The notes beneath the pieces are model-generated. The model had not been told where the DNA came from. It did not search any database and saw nothing but the letters and a program-made list of their open reading frames with translations. From the NCBI GenBank assembly GCA_028278265.1, contig JANQET010000236.1, positions 801 to 64,800 of the forward strand: DNA of 64,000 nt, in the 5' to 3' direction. Positions 10,988 through 20,635 of the stretch are shown here, piece after piece. The stretch comes from Myxococcota bacterium. GTDB taxonomy: Bacteria; Myxococcota_A; Polyangia; JAAYKL01. Positions within the stretch are counted from its first letter, which is position 1. Every line of letters starts with the position of its first letter. The position numbers and the translations under genes are program-made.

Positions 10988-11660
10988 GCCGGCAGGTGGA
11001 TTTGAACGTCATTGCTTCGGGTGACCTGCTGGCAACTGCGGCCAGGTCCGCCAGTCGTTTACCGGCCTCCTCGAGCACCGCGCTTCGCTGTTGTGGGGTT
11101 TCGACAAAGAGCTCGACCAATCGGTTGAAGTCCTGGACCGTTCGCTCGAAATAGAAAAATCCTTCGTGACGTTGGGTCAGTCCGTGGGTTTCAACCTCGG
11201 CCAAAGCGAGATGGGCCTGATGTTGGACATCTGCTTCATCTTCGATCAAGCGCACCAGCTCGTAGTAGGATCCTCTCTCGGCTACCGGTTCAACGATGAA
11301 GGCGTGTCCTCCGGTGCGTAGTATTCTGGCCGTTTCTCGAAGCGCGACATTCATCTCGTCAAACGGGATGTGATGAAAACTGGCGATGAACAGCACCGCA
11401 TCCACACTGTTTGCGGCCAGGGGCAACTGTTGGGCCTGACCCGCAATGAACTGGGCTGTGGTGTTGGGCCGCTCTTCGGTCGCTCTTTTGAGCGTGGACT
11501 TGATGTCGATTCCGACGGCCAACGCCGCCTGTTGCGCCACCCGGTCGATCAACTCACCAGTGCCGCATCCGAGGTCAACAACGGTTGCGTCGGCCAACTC
11601 GAGGAATTTGGAGATGAGCTCTATATCGGTTGCGATTCGCCGGTAGTTTTCAAGTGGCAT
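10962..11660 (-). CDS. class I SAM-dependent methyltransferase (small-molecule type)
   Basis: VVDLGCGTGEL motif I and Methyltransf_11/25-like acidic residue. Start is the ATG at 11660 (MPLENYRR); the track ORF to 11939 is an over-extension. The 3' end overlaps the helicase 3' end by 26 nt (convergent). Confidence 0.72.
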   Translation of the reverse strand: MPLENYRRIATDIELISKFLELADATVVDLGCGTGELIDRVAQQAALAVGIDIKSTLKRATEERPNTTAQFIAGQAQQLPLAANSVDAVLFIASFHHIPFDEMNVALRETARILRTGGHAFIVEPVAERGSYYELVRLIEDEADVQHQAHLALAEVETHGLTQRHEGFFYFERTVQDFNRLVELFVETPQQRSAVLEEAGKRLADLAAVASRSPEAMTFKSTCRLNLLQRSS

Positions 11661-11661
11661 G

Positions 11662-12573
11662 TCAACGTCCTGTAGTGTCCTTTGTCTTGGCTTGACCGAT
11701 GATTTCCACCCGACCCAGATCAGTGAAATTGTAACTCGAAGCGCCCCCGTCCTGGGCGATCGCCTTGAGCTCGTCGAGCACGAATGCCAGAAAAGCGGAC
11801 ATCCGTGGATGGGCGGTAAACTCGGTGGGCACGGCCAGTTTGAACGTCTCTTCGTGCAGGGGCACGAAATCGAGCTCACACATCTGGGCCGCCACCTTGA
11901 CACCGATCCCCACGTCGGCGCGGCCCTTTTGGATCGCATGGGCCAGCTCCAGGTGGGTGGAAAAAGGTCCCACGTGGGTCAGCTCAGACAGGGTGAACCC
12001 CTGTTCGTCGAACAACCGTTTGGTCAGCTGGTAGGTCCCCGAGAGGGGCTGGCGAATGGCGAATTTGGGGTTGCGATCGGCCAGTTGGGAGATCTGGCTA
12101 AACGGTTGTTGGCGTTTACCATCGAAGATCAGCCCCTGGTGTCGGGCATACAGGCTCAAAAAATAGCACCCCCCCGAGGCGCGGGTGAGTTTTTTGGCCT
12201 GGGCCATCTCCGTGTGAAAACAGGCGAGGTGGGCCTTGCCCTCCCCGACCGCTGTCAGCCCGGCCAAGCTGCCGGTGGGTGACGAGACGACCGGAATATC
12301 ACTCGTGGATCGAAAGTGTTTGACCACCTTGGAAAACAACCAATCATCGCTCCCCTGGATGACCAGCATTTCGTCCAATGCGGCGGCGAGCAGACCACCG
12401 GCGGGATGGATGACGTTCTTTTGCACCCACTGATCGATCAGATGCCTGGGAAACAGCCATTTGCCGGAGATCCGCGCCGCGGGCATCTTTCCCTCGGAAA
12501 CCAGGGAATAGACCTTTTTTTCGTTGAGCTTGAGGTACTTGGCGACCTCTTTGGTTGTCAGGTATTCGGTCAT
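11662..12573 (-). CDS. HTH (excisionase/MerR-like) DNA-binding domain fused to periplasmic-binding-protein-like (molybdate/tungstate-type) domain
   Basis: N-terminus LTTKEVAKYLKLNEKKVYSLVSEGKMPAARISGKWLF is an HTH_17-like motif, followed by a PBP-like fold. Stop abuts the methyltransferase start. Confidence 0.68.
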   Translation of the reverse strand: MTEYLTTKEVAKYLKLNEKKVYSLVSEGKMPAARISGKWLFPRHLIDQWVQKNVIHPAGGLLAAALDEMLVIQGSDDWLFSKVVKHFRSTSDIPVVSSPTGSLAGLTAVGEGKAHLACFHTEMAQAKKLTRASGGCYFLSLYARHQGLIFDGKRQQPFSQISQLADRNPKFAIRQPLSGTYQLTKRLFDEQGFTLSELTHVGPFSTHLELAHAIQKGRADVGIGVKVAAQMCELDFVPLHEETFKLAVPTEFTAHPRMSAFLAFVLDELKAIAQDGGASSYNFTDLGRVEIIGQAKTKDTTGR

Positions 12574-12685
12574 CGCTCCTTACTATGCATACTTTCGGCA
12601 ACAGCGTCAGATTTTTCATTATTCAACAAAAAAAATCGACGCCCTGCTCAGAGAATACGAAGCGATTTTCGCCTAATATCAGGAC

Positions 12686-13051
12686 TCAATCAGCGTCCCG
12701 GTGCACCGTCTGCGGCGAAAATGCCGGCAGGCAGACCGCCACATATTCCGCCCCCAAGTCACCCGGAGTGCTGTATTGCACCCATTCACCTGCCTGAACG
12801 ATAATGGCCTGTCCTGCCTCGACATCCACGGTTTCCGCCTCGGTTTTGACCCGCAACGCCCCCTTGAGCACCACTGTGTATTCGTCGAATTCAGGCCGTT
12901 GACCGGGTTCGAGCCAGCCGGAGGGGCTCTTCATCCGCGCAATACTCAACGCGCTGGTGCTGGAATTGACGCGACCGACGTATTCTTCGATGATTTTGGG
13001 TTTGTTGCCCGCGGACTGGATGACACTCGGATGTTCGATTTTTTTGGCCAT
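12686..13051 (-). CDS. cupin-domain protein
   Basis: 121 aa; sequence profile suggests a small beta-barrel cupin (VDVEAGQAIIVQAGEWVQYSTPG). Confidence 0.55.
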   Translation of the reverse strand: MAKKIEHPSVIQSAGNKPKIIEEYVGRVNSSTSALSIARMKSPSGWLEPGQRPEFDEYTVVLKGALRVKTEAETVDVEAGQAIIVQAGEWVQYSTPGDLGAEYVAVCLPAFSPQTVHRDAD

Positions 13052-13214
13052 TGTTGCTCCAATCTTCGAATGAAGTTACCCTCAGTCGCATAGATGTCGG
13101 CCGCCATACAATCCCAATTTTGCCACCCCTGGCAAGACCAACGACTGCTGTGAACCGTTTACCGATAACCGCGGTACCTACTTGATTATGATGTCATTGA
13201 CTTAGGAGTATGAC

Positions 13215-14840
13215 ATGAAAGTATTGCTGGTCGGTCCGGATTTCCAGGAAAACCTTTCCACCCGTTATTTGTCCGCCTCGCTCGTCGAGGCAGGACATGC
13301 AGTTGAGTTGACCCGGTTCAATGAACGCCGGGATGGACCGGCCGTACTCGATGCGGCGCGAAACGCGGATTTGATTGGACTCTCGATGTGCTTCCAAGCG
13401 CGCGCAGCGGAATTTATCGAACTGGCCGAACAGTTGAGAGCCCGGTACCCCGAGGTGATGATTGTGGGCGGTGGACATTACGCCTCTTGTGAGGCCACGA
13501 CCCTGCTCGAGCACCACTCGGCGATCGATTTGATCGTTATCCGCGAGGGCGAGAGAAGCTTGGTCGAAATTGCCGATTTGGCGACCCGGGGGCGGGATTT
13601 TTCCTCGATCCACGGAATCGCTCACCGGGACTCGGCCGGCCGACCCGTGCTCACGGCGGCGCGCCCTGCCGAAGACGACCTCGATGAACTGCCGTTTCCC
13701 GACCGCCGGGGCCAGGAGACTCGGCTCGCCGGGATCCCGACTGCCTACCTCATGGGCAGCCGTGGATGCTTGGGCGATTGCGGCTATTGTTCGATCACCA
13801 CGTTACACAAAATGTCCGGTGGCCAGCGCTTTCGCCAGCGGGACCCGGAGAACATCGCCCTGGAGATGGCCGAGCTGTACCATCAAAAGGGCATTCGCCA
13901 GTTCGTGTTCCACGACAATAACTTTCTGGTGCCCTCGGCATTTCGCAATCACCGACGACTGGACACCCTGGAACGGGCGATCGTGCGCGAGGGGCTCACC
14001 GACATCGCCCTGGTGTTGAAGCTGCGCCCGGGAGACGCGGATCGGGACGTGCTGGAACGCCTCAAACGGATGGGGCTGATTCGCGTATTTCTCGGTATCG
14101 GCTCCTCCACGGCGGCCGGATTGGGCTTTTTGAACCGCCGCCAATCAGTGGCCGAATGCAAGGATGCGCTGGATTTGTGTCAGGAGTTGGGCATTTCCGC
14201 TCACTACACATTGCTGGTGTTTCATCCGGAGACCACTGTCGAATCGTTGGACGCGGATATCGCCTTCATGAGGCAGTACAATCATTTCCCGCTCAATTTC
14301 TGTTGCGCGGAGATCTACTCCGGCACGCCCCTGTTGGCGGCCTTGCAAGCACAGGGACGGGCTCGGGGCAACTACCTGTCTTGGGAATACGAGATTTCCG
14401 ATCCGACCGTGAACCTGATCCGCAATGTGTCCAAGCGGCTGTTCTACCAGCGCTGTTGGTCGACCACCGGGCTGGTTCAATTGTCGATCGGTATGGATCA
14501 CCTCTCGACCCTACTGAGTCACTTCTACAGCGGTTCAGCGGTTGATCGCGTTTGTGATGAAATTGATTTGTTCGGTCATGAGGTCAACACCGACACCATC
14601 GAGCTGCTCGATTCGTTGACCACCCTGTGTGTGCGTTTCGATGATCCCACCGCACCGGCGTTTTTGGTTCGCTTGCGCCAATTGGCCGAGCAGGAAAGCG
14701 CCCTGCGCCGTCGCAGCATGGCCGTGCACGGGGCCCTGCGCCAGCGGATCGAGGCGATCGCGTCCCACCAAGAACCACGCGCTTCGTCTCAACGATGGAC
14801 ACCACGGCTCCACCAAACGGCTCGGGTGGTGGCGAGATAA
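13215..14840 (+). CDS. B12-binding domain / radical SAM protein (class B radical SAM)
   Basis: N-terminal cobalamin-binding Rossmann domain (KVLLVGPDF...MIVGGGHYAS). CxxxCxxC-type cluster (GSRGCLGDCGYCSIT). AGGAG RBS upstream. Confidence 0.85.
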   Translation: MKVLLVGPDFQENLSTRYLSASLVEAGHAVELTRFNERRDGPAVLDAARNADLIGLSMCFQARAAEFIELAEQLRARYPEVMIVGGGHYASCEATTLLEHHSAIDLIVIREGERSLVEIADLATRGRDFSSIHGIAHRDSAGRPVLTAARPAEDDLDELPFPDRRGQETRLAGIPTAYLMGSRGCLGDCGYCSITTLHKMSGGQRFRQRDPENIALEMAELYHQKGIRQFVFHDNNFLVPSAFRNHRRLDTLERAIVREGLTDIALVLKLRPGDADRDVLERLKRMGLIRVFLGIGSSTAAGLGFLNRRQSVAECKDALDLCQELGISAHYTLLVFHPETTVESLDADIAFMRQYNHFPLNFCCAEIYSGTPLLAALQAQGRARGNYLSWEYEISDPTVNLIRNVSKRLFYQRCWSTTGLVQLSIGMDHLSTLLSHFYSGSAVDRVCDEIDLFGHEVNTDTIELLDSLTTLCVRFDDPTAPAFLVRLRQLAEQESALRRRSMAVHGALRQRIEAIASHQEPRASSQRWTPRLHQTARVVAR

Positions 14841-15001
14841 TCTCCAGGACAATCCAACCGAACCAGAAGTCCCAGAAGTCGAAGACGGTCGAGCGCAAAA
14901 AAAGGACACAAGATGCTTTTTTTTAGCAACCCTTCGGCTTGTTTGACCGATAGGGGTAGTATCGACGAGGTGAACATGACCATCACGCGAGTAAACCGAT
15001 C

Positions 15002-15352
15002 ATGACGAGCGAGATAAAAATCACACCACCGAGCGGAACACCGCTCACCTCATTGGAAGATGCACCGACCCGGCAATCACCGATTGGTGAATCAACGCTC
15101 GATCCCACCACCTCCCAATCCGGGGAGGTTTCAGAGGCAGTCCCGTCGACGCCAATTTCGACGGAAAGAGGATCTGGTGAGGTGCAGTTGAACCCAACCG
15201 TGGAACAACTCATCGATGCCGTATTCGACGATCCGATTATCCATTCGGCGCCAGAGGAAATCTCCATCGAAATACGAAAAATTTTCACCGCTCTACTGGA
15301 GACCGAACCCCACCTGCAGGCCCTTGTTCACCACATGCGCCATACCAGCTAG
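15002..15352 (+). CDS. hypothetical small acidic protein (doubtful)
   Basis: ORF only; low complexity, no recognisable motif. Confidence 0.2.
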   Translation: MTSEIKITPPSGTPLTSLEDAPTRQSPIGESTLDPTTSQSGEVSEAVPSTPISTERGSGEVQLNPTVEQLIDAVFDDPIIHSAPEEISIEIRKIFTALLETEPHLQALVHHMRHTS

Positions 15353-15593
15353 ATTGTTTTTAAATAATTGTAATTATTTGATTTTATCGCGGAATGCACC
15401 ACTGATTTTCGAGGAGTCATCGGCGGATTATGCTTGATTTCGGTTGATGGAAAATATACCGATCGGGCGATTTTCATGTTTCACAAAAAGCATATTTTTT
15501 CATTTTTATCGATTTTTTTGCAGATATTCATTTGCACTAATCTTGGGTATTTGTACAATAGTCTACATGGATTTTTAACAAGCGAGGTGATTC
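15353..15593. promoter_or_regulatory. AT-rich intergenic island (probable promoter/regulatory region for the GEVED-repeat protein gene)
   Basis: GC drops sharply (runs of T/A such as ttttcatttttatcgatttttttgcagatattcatttgcac) in an otherwise >60% GC context. Strong GAGGTGA RBS precedes the ATG at 15594. Confidence 0.4.
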
Positions 15594-18125
15594 ATGGGTA
15601 GGAACGGTGTATTTTATGTTTTTGTCTATTATTTGACCTTTGTGGTCCTTTTGGGCACAGGGTGCTCACTCGTCGTCGAGGAGGAGGCTGACGGGGGATC
15701 GGATGGGGGGGGTGATACCGATACCGACACGGATACTGACACCGATACCGATTCCGATACGGATACGGACGGAGATGCCGATACCGACACTGACACCGAT
15801 GCCGATACCGACACTGACACCGATGCCGATACCGATACTGACAGCGATGCCGATACCGATACAGACACCGACGCAGATACCGACTCTGACACCGACGCTG
15901 ATACGGATACGGACGCCGATTCCGATGCTGACACGGATGCTGATTCGGATACGGACACGGATGGCGATACCGATACGGACACGGACACAGACGCCGATAC
16001 GGATACGGACACAGATGCCGATACCGATTCGGATACGGATACAGATACTGAACCCCGATACGATTTCGGCGACTTGCCCAAGGAATACCCCACCGTGCTC
16101 GATCACGACGGGGCGCGGCACCTCATCGACACCAAGCGTCCCTTCCTGGGTGAACAGATCGATTCAGAAGATGACGGTCAACCCCACGAAGATGCGTTGG
16201 GGGATGACGAGGCTGAGCTGGACGACGAGGATGGGATCGATTTCTCCCTGACACCGGTGTGGATCTCAGGAGAAATGGCCGAGATTGTGGTGCACGTCAA
16301 TTCGCCGGGAGATGAGAACGCCTATTTCCAGGGGTGGGTCGATTTCAATGGGGATCGCTTTTTCGACGAGCTGACCGAGCAGGTTTTTGTGGATGAATGG
16401 CTCGCTCCCAAAGAGAACGTGCTCAGCTTCCGCGTGCCGCCGTTGGGTGATACCGACGGTCTCAAATCATATGCGAGGTTCCGCCTGAGCCTCACGCCGG
16501 CGCTTCCGTACTACGGCCCGGCCGACGATGGTGAAGTCGAAGACTACCTGGTGACCCTCAACCAGGAGGATCCTCGCTACGACTTCGGCGACGCGCCGGT
16601 CGAAGGGGGTTTCATGTTCCCCACGCTGCTCGAGCAAGACGGAGCGTACCATCTCATCACCGAGGATCTGATCCTCGGAGAGGCGATTGACGGTGAGCGC
16701 GATGGGCAACCGAACCTCGAAGCGACCGGTGATGACAAAGCGGAAATCGAAGATGAAGATGGAATTAAATTCGACGGCAATATTGTTCCCGGCGCGACCA
16801 ACAACGTACAAGTAAATGTCAAAGGGGCGGTAAACGGAGTGATCCACGCTTGGGTCGATTTTGACGGCAGCGGTGACTGGGATCAGGACGAGAAGATCAT
16901 CGATAACGTCTTGGTGTTGGTGGGATCCAACGACCTCACCTACGCCGCTCCGCCCATCCCCATGCCCGAAGCCGTGCACTGCCGCTTCAGGCTGACCAGT
17001 GTCGCCGGGCCAATGGAACCCTACGGTCCGGCACCGGACGGGGAAGTGGAAGACTACCTGGTCAAAACGGAGATGGTTGAAATCCGTCGCGATTTCGGCG
17101 ATGCCCCCTATGACCCCGAAAAGAATTTCTTTTACCCCACATTGCTGGAACACGACGGTGCGTTTCACGTCATGGATGAAGGGGTCCCAATCATGCTGGG
17201 GTCGTCAATCGATCCCGAGGACGATGGTCAACCTTCGGGCAGTGCCGCCGGTGACGACATCGTCGGTGACGCTGACGAAGACGGCATCGAATTCGGCGAC
17301 CGGTTGATCCCCGGTAATCCGGCGTCGATAACGGTCAGTTTGAAAACCGGTAGTACCGCCACCTTCCTCCAGGGGTGGATCGATTTCAATGGGGACGGGG
17401 ATTGGGACGACGACGGTGACCAGATTTTCCACAACCTCGAGCTGGAAGACGGCCAGCAGAAGATCGAAATCATGGTACCGGTGGTGCCCGGGGGAATCGA
17501 CACATTTGCCCGCTTCAGGCTATCCACTGAACCGGACCTCACGCCCAGAGGGTGGGCCCCCAACGGGGAGGTCGAGGACTACATGGTGGGCCTCGAATCC
17601 GCCGAGATCCCCCTCGATTTCGGTGATGCACCTTCTGACATGGAAACCTGGTACTACCCGACCATGTTCATCGACAATGGCCCCTACCACGCCGTCGGTG
17701 AGCTGTACCTGGGGGGAACGGTGGATCCGGAATTGGACGGCCAGCCCAACAAAGAAGCGACCGGGGACGACAAAGTCGACGATGACGATGAGGACGGCAT
17801 CAATCTCCTCTCCGGGCCATTGGTCTCCGGAACCAAGGCCGAGCTCGTGGTCACCGTTAGTCACGACGGGGGACTGCTCCAGGGGTGGGTCGATTTCGAC
17901 GGCAGCGGTTTTTGGGACTACGGGGCAGAGATGGTGTTCGAGAATGTGCTCTTGAACGATAAAGAAACACAGCTCTCCTTCGACGTCCCCAGCACACTGG
18001 ACGAAGAGGCGGTGTATGCCCGCTTCAGGGTGAGCACCGTAGCGGATCTGCCCTATGAGGGGTTTGCCCCGGACGGGGAGGTCGAAGACTATATGTTCAT
18101 GGTGGCCCCTCCCGCTCCTCGCTAA
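15594..18125 (+). CDS. secreted protein with N-terminal (Asp-Thr/Ala/Ser)n tract and four ~170-aa GEVED-like repeat domains
   Basis: Signal-peptide-like N-terminus. About 120 aa of [11 protein letters not shown] repeats. Four repeats each ending [10 protein letters not shown] and beginning PRYDFGD/RDFGDAP...YPTL...GA.H...DGQP...EDGI.F. Confidence 0.8.
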   Translation: MGRNGVFYVFVYYLTFVVLLGTGCSLVVEEEADGGSDGGGDTDTDTDTDTDTDSDTDTDGDADTDTDTDADTDTDTDADTDTDSDADTDTDTDADTDSDTDADTDTDADSDADTDADSDTDTDGDTDTDTDTDADTDTDTDADTDSDTDTDTEPRYDFGDLPKEYPTVLDHDGARHLIDTKRPFLGEQIDSEDDGQPHEDALGDDEAELDDEDGIDFSLTPVWISGEMAEIVVHVNSPGDENAYFQGWVDFNGDRFFDELTEQVFVDEWLAPKENVLSFRVPPLGDTDGLKSYARFRLSLTPALPYYGPADDGEVEDYLVTLNQEDPRYDFGDAPVEGGFMFPTLLEQDGAYHLITEDLILGEAIDGERDGQPNLEATGDDKAEIEDEDGIKFDGNIVPGATNNVQVNVKGAVNGVIHAWVDFDGSGDWDQDEKIIDNVLVLVGSNDLTYAAPPIPMPEAVHCRFRLTSVAGPMEPYGPAPDGEVEDYLVKTEMVEIRRDFGDAPYDPEKNFFYPTLLEHDGAFHVMDEGVPIMLGSSIDPEDDGQPSGSAAGDDIVGDADEDGIEFGDRLIPGNPASITVSLKTGSTATFLQGWIDFNGDGDWDDDGDQIFHNLELEDGQQKIEIMVPVVPGGIDTFARFRLSTEPDLTPRGWAPNGEVEDYMVGLESAEIPLDFGDAPSDMETWYYPTMFIDNGPYHAVGELYLGGTVDPELDGQPNKEATGDDKVDDDDEDGINLLSGPLVSGTKAELVVTVSHDGGLLQGWVDFDGSGFWDYGAEMVFENVLLNDKETQLSFDVPSTLDEEAVYARFRVSTVADLPYEGFAPDGEVEDYMFMVAPPAPR
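15700..16060 (+). repeat. (GAT-ACC-GAY-ACN)n coding microsatellite-like repeat
   Basis: Seen directly. Near-identical repeat families occur at 20160-20560, 21040-21180, 23190-23450, 29200-29390 and 50290-50700. Confidence 0.9.
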
Positions 18126-18167
18126 AGACCTGTTCTCACTGCGATAATTTCCAACTTCTGGGGGCGG

Positions 18168-19127
18168 TTATGAAAGGGTCTCTTCGGGCTCGGCGGTCGC
18201 CGCGTGTACCACGCAGTTGCCCCCTTGTTGCTCGGCCTTGGTCAATGCGGTGTTGGCTTGAGTGAGCAGGCCCTCGCTGGTGCAGCGCTCACCTGCGGGA
18301 ATCGCCGTGGTGCCCATGCTGACGGTGATTTTGAGCGTTTTCTTCGGTTCGATTTCGATGGGGGTGGCGATTGCCTTGCGGAACAACCGGTGGGCGATGA
18401 TTCCCACATTGACCGGTGAGGTGTGGGGACAGATGACCAAAATGCGGCTGTCGTCCCAATGGATCACCGCGTCGTAGTTGCGGCACGATCGGCGAATCAA
18501 CGCGGCGACGTGCTTGAGCACCGCATCGGCCGCAGCGGCGCCGTTGGTGCTGATGATTTCGGTGAACCGATCCACCTCAAAGAGGATGATTGCCAATTCC
18601 AACAGCCCACGACCCGCGCGGGACAGCTCCTGTTGGAGCAGCTCGGCGCCGTGATTCCGGTTGTACACCTCGGTCAGGGGATCGAGCGTGGTCAGCTGTC
18701 CCAGCTGGTTGATGGTCTTGCGCAGCTGGGCCGTGGTCTTCAGGCTTATAAAGCCCACTTGGATTCGCTGAGCCAATTGATCCCACTCGAACGGCGGGGA
18801 GATGAAGTCATTGGCCCCCTGGTTCAATGCACTGGCAAAGCCCTCCTCGTCATCCGGACCGGTGAAGATGACAAAGTGCCCCCCCTGACGGCTGTTGTCC
18901 CGCTCGAATTGGCCGACCTTTTCGATGAATTGCGCCCCGCTCAGCTCACCGAGATCCCGATTGGCCACGATCACCGCCCCATCGTTGTAAATCAGCTGTT
19001 CCAGGGCGTCCTCAGCAGTGGCGCAAAACACCATTTGCCATTGGTCGGTATGATCGGCGAAGTGTTTTTCGAACGCCTTCAGGGAATCCGGTGCGGGCTC
19101 CACAAATATGACATGCTGTTTGGACAC
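18168..19127 (-). CDS. response-regulator receiver domain fused to degenerate GGDEF domain
   Basis: REC-like N-terminus. GGDEF-domain start DPLTEVYNRNHG, but the signature site reads HWDDSRI instead of RYGGEEF. Confidence 0.78.
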   Translation of the reverse strand: MSKQHVIFVEPAPDSLKAFEKHFADHTDQWQMVFCATAEDALEQLIYNDGAVIVANRDLGELSGAQFIEKVGQFERDNSRQGGHFVIFTGPDDEEGFASALNQGANDFISPPFEWDQLAQRIQVGFISLKTTAQLRKTINQLGQLTTLDPLTEVYNRNHGAELLQQELSRAGRGLLELAIILFEVDRFTEIISTNGAAAADAVLKHVAALIRRSCRNYDAVIHWDDSRILVICPHTSPVNVGIIAHRLFRKAIATPIEIEPKKTLKITVSMGTTAIPAGERCTSEGLLTQANTALTKAEQQGGNCVVHAATAEPEETLS

Positions 19128-19186
19128 GGCTTCTTCCCTTGATTGATCTCAATCGATCTATTCGGCCAACCGATAATTTGATTAAG

Positions 19187-20635
19187 TCAACGGGTCGTTT
19201 TTCCATATTTTCGTCGTGTAGAGTATTTTTGCTCAAAGGGCGCCAAGTGGCGAATGAGCACCGCGGCTTCACCGGCATGGGAGGTGCACCATTGAGCGAT
19301 CGCTTCCCCGTCGGAGAGGGATATCATCACCGCGGGAATGGCGGCATCCCCGTCGCCGGGCATGGTGATCAATTCACCGTCCGAGTGATTGATGACGATC
19401 ATGGCCACGGCGCCGGCATCGGCCGCATGGGTCACCTTGTCGCTGAAGCTGCACGTGCCTCGGCGAATCAGGGCCGCACTGCCGAGAAATACGCCGGGAG
19501 CAAACGGCTCGCATCCCTCTTCATTGGGCTGGCCGGCGTCCGGCAGAGCCACATCACCGGCCCATTGGATTGGCACAGCGAGCTCCGCCTCGAGCTGAAC
19601 GCCGAGATTGCCCTCTTGGTGGACCACGCCGATCAGCGTTTCGGGGACCGTTCCGGGGGCGGTGATGTCCAACGTGGTGTTCGTGTCCAGCGCCGGATCG
19701 GTCGTCAGGTACAAGCGGCTGACCGCTGCGGCGGGAGCGTTGCCAGATACTTCGCGTCCCCCCAGGGTGACCGGCAACTCGCCCTTGTCCAGGTTGAATA
19801 CCGCCTGATCGACGATCTGGTCGGGCAGGCAGTCCGCCGGATCCCCGGGTACGTGGGAGACGTAGTCCCAGCTCCAGGTTCTGTCCGGAGCGCTGCACTG
19901 GAGAATGTCCCACGTCGCCTTTTGGTGGCCCACGGTCAGGTACAGCGAGTCATCTCTGTGTCCCCATTTCCAGGCGCGGGCGAGCACATACCACTCCCCC
20001 GAACAGGGGATCGGGACGCAGGGCCACGTCGCACGCCCCTGGTGCGCCCCCCGGCTAGCGCAGTAGCTCCCTTCGCCCGCATTGCTCTCGCCGGTTCTCA
20101 TCGGCGGCAGAAACCGGGCCTCTTCGACGAGCAGCTCGACAATTTCATCCCCCAGACAGTCATCACCCGATGCGCCTGTGTCGGTGTCCGTATCCGCGTC
20201 TGTATCGCCCGTATCGGAGTCGGTATCCCGAAGGTGGGCCGCGCCGGCAAAATAGCACTCACAATCCGCTGCATCCTCGAACACGCTGTTTCCGGTCAGC
20301 TCACAGAGGCGATCACAAAAGCCGTCGACCCGCCAACCGCAGGGATCGGCCACACCGCAGGTGCAGGGGGTGTAGTATCCCCTGCTGCAATCCCCTCCAC
20401 AGTCGCTATCCGAATCGGTGTCCGTGTCGGTGTCCGAATCGGCATCGGCATCTGCGTCTGCGTCGGTGTCCGCATCCGTGTCAGTATCGGTGTCTGCGTC
20501 GGCGTCTGTATCAGTATCGGTGTCCGTGTCCGCATCGCCGCAGCTGGGGGGATCCAGGTCACTCGATTCCTTTACACCGCATCCCCAGTAAAGCGAGACG
20601 AGCAGCACCAGTGGGAGTATCCGAATGGGTCCCAT
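19187..20635 (-). CDS. secreted Cys-rich protein with DTDTD linker and C-terminal PA (protease-associated) domain
   Basis: Real start is M92 of the track ORF (MGPIRILPLVLLVSLYWGCG signal peptide) at 20635. PA-like GAVAMIVINHSDGELITMPGDGDAAIPAVMISLSDG. Two DTD repeat tracts. Confidence 0.7.
   Translation of the reverse strand: MGPIRILPLVLLVSLYWGCGVKESSDLDPPSCGDADTDTDTDTDADADTDTDTDADTDADADADADSDTDTDTDSDSDCGGDCSRGYYTPCTCGVADPCGWRVDGFCDRLCELTGNSVFEDAADCECYFAGAAHLRDTDSDTGDTDADTDTDTGASGDDCLGDEIVELLVEEARFLPPMRTGESNAGEGSYCASRGAHQGRATWPCVPIPCSGEWYVLARAWKWGHRDDSLYLTVGHQKATWDILQCSAPDRTWSWDYVSHVPGDPADCLPDQIVDQAVFNLDKGELPVTLGGREVSGNAPAAAVSRLYLTTDPALDTNTTLDITAPGTVPETLIGVVHQEGNLGVQLEAELAVPIQWAGDVALPDAGQPNEEGCEPFAPGVFLGSAALIRRGTCSFSDKVTHAADAGAVAMIVINHSDGELITMPGDGDAAIPAVMISLSDGEAIAQWCTSHAGEAAVLIRHLAPFEQKYSTRRKYGKTTR

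Noticed and set aside
8156-11660. Helicase plus methyltransferase as a type I/III restriction-modification or BREX-like module
   Set aside because: The methyltransferase has small-molecule class-I features (Methyltransf_11/25-like) and no DPPY/NPPY amino-methyltransferase motif. No specificity subunit or restriction subunit is present.
13052-13214. Possible cobalamin riboswitch upstream of the B12-binding radical SAM gene (…ttgccacccctggcaag…)
   Set aside because: There is only a loose resemblance to a B12 box and no convincing multi-stem architecture is visible by eye. It would need an Infernal/Rfam scan.
15480-15593. sigma-54 (-24/-12) promoter upstream of the GEVED-protein gene
   Set aside because: Only partial matches are present (TTGCAC, TTGGGTATTTGTAC). 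GG-N10-GC spacing is not satisfied.
15629-16251. Long ORFs on the minus strand and in alternate frames encoding SVSVSVS…, IPIPIRIR…, and GIGIGV… low-complexity proteins
   Set aside because: They are frame-shifted or antisense readings of the (GAT-ACC-GAC-ACG)n repeat inside the GEVED-protein gene. Only the DTDTD frame continues into a real, signal-peptide-bearing protein.
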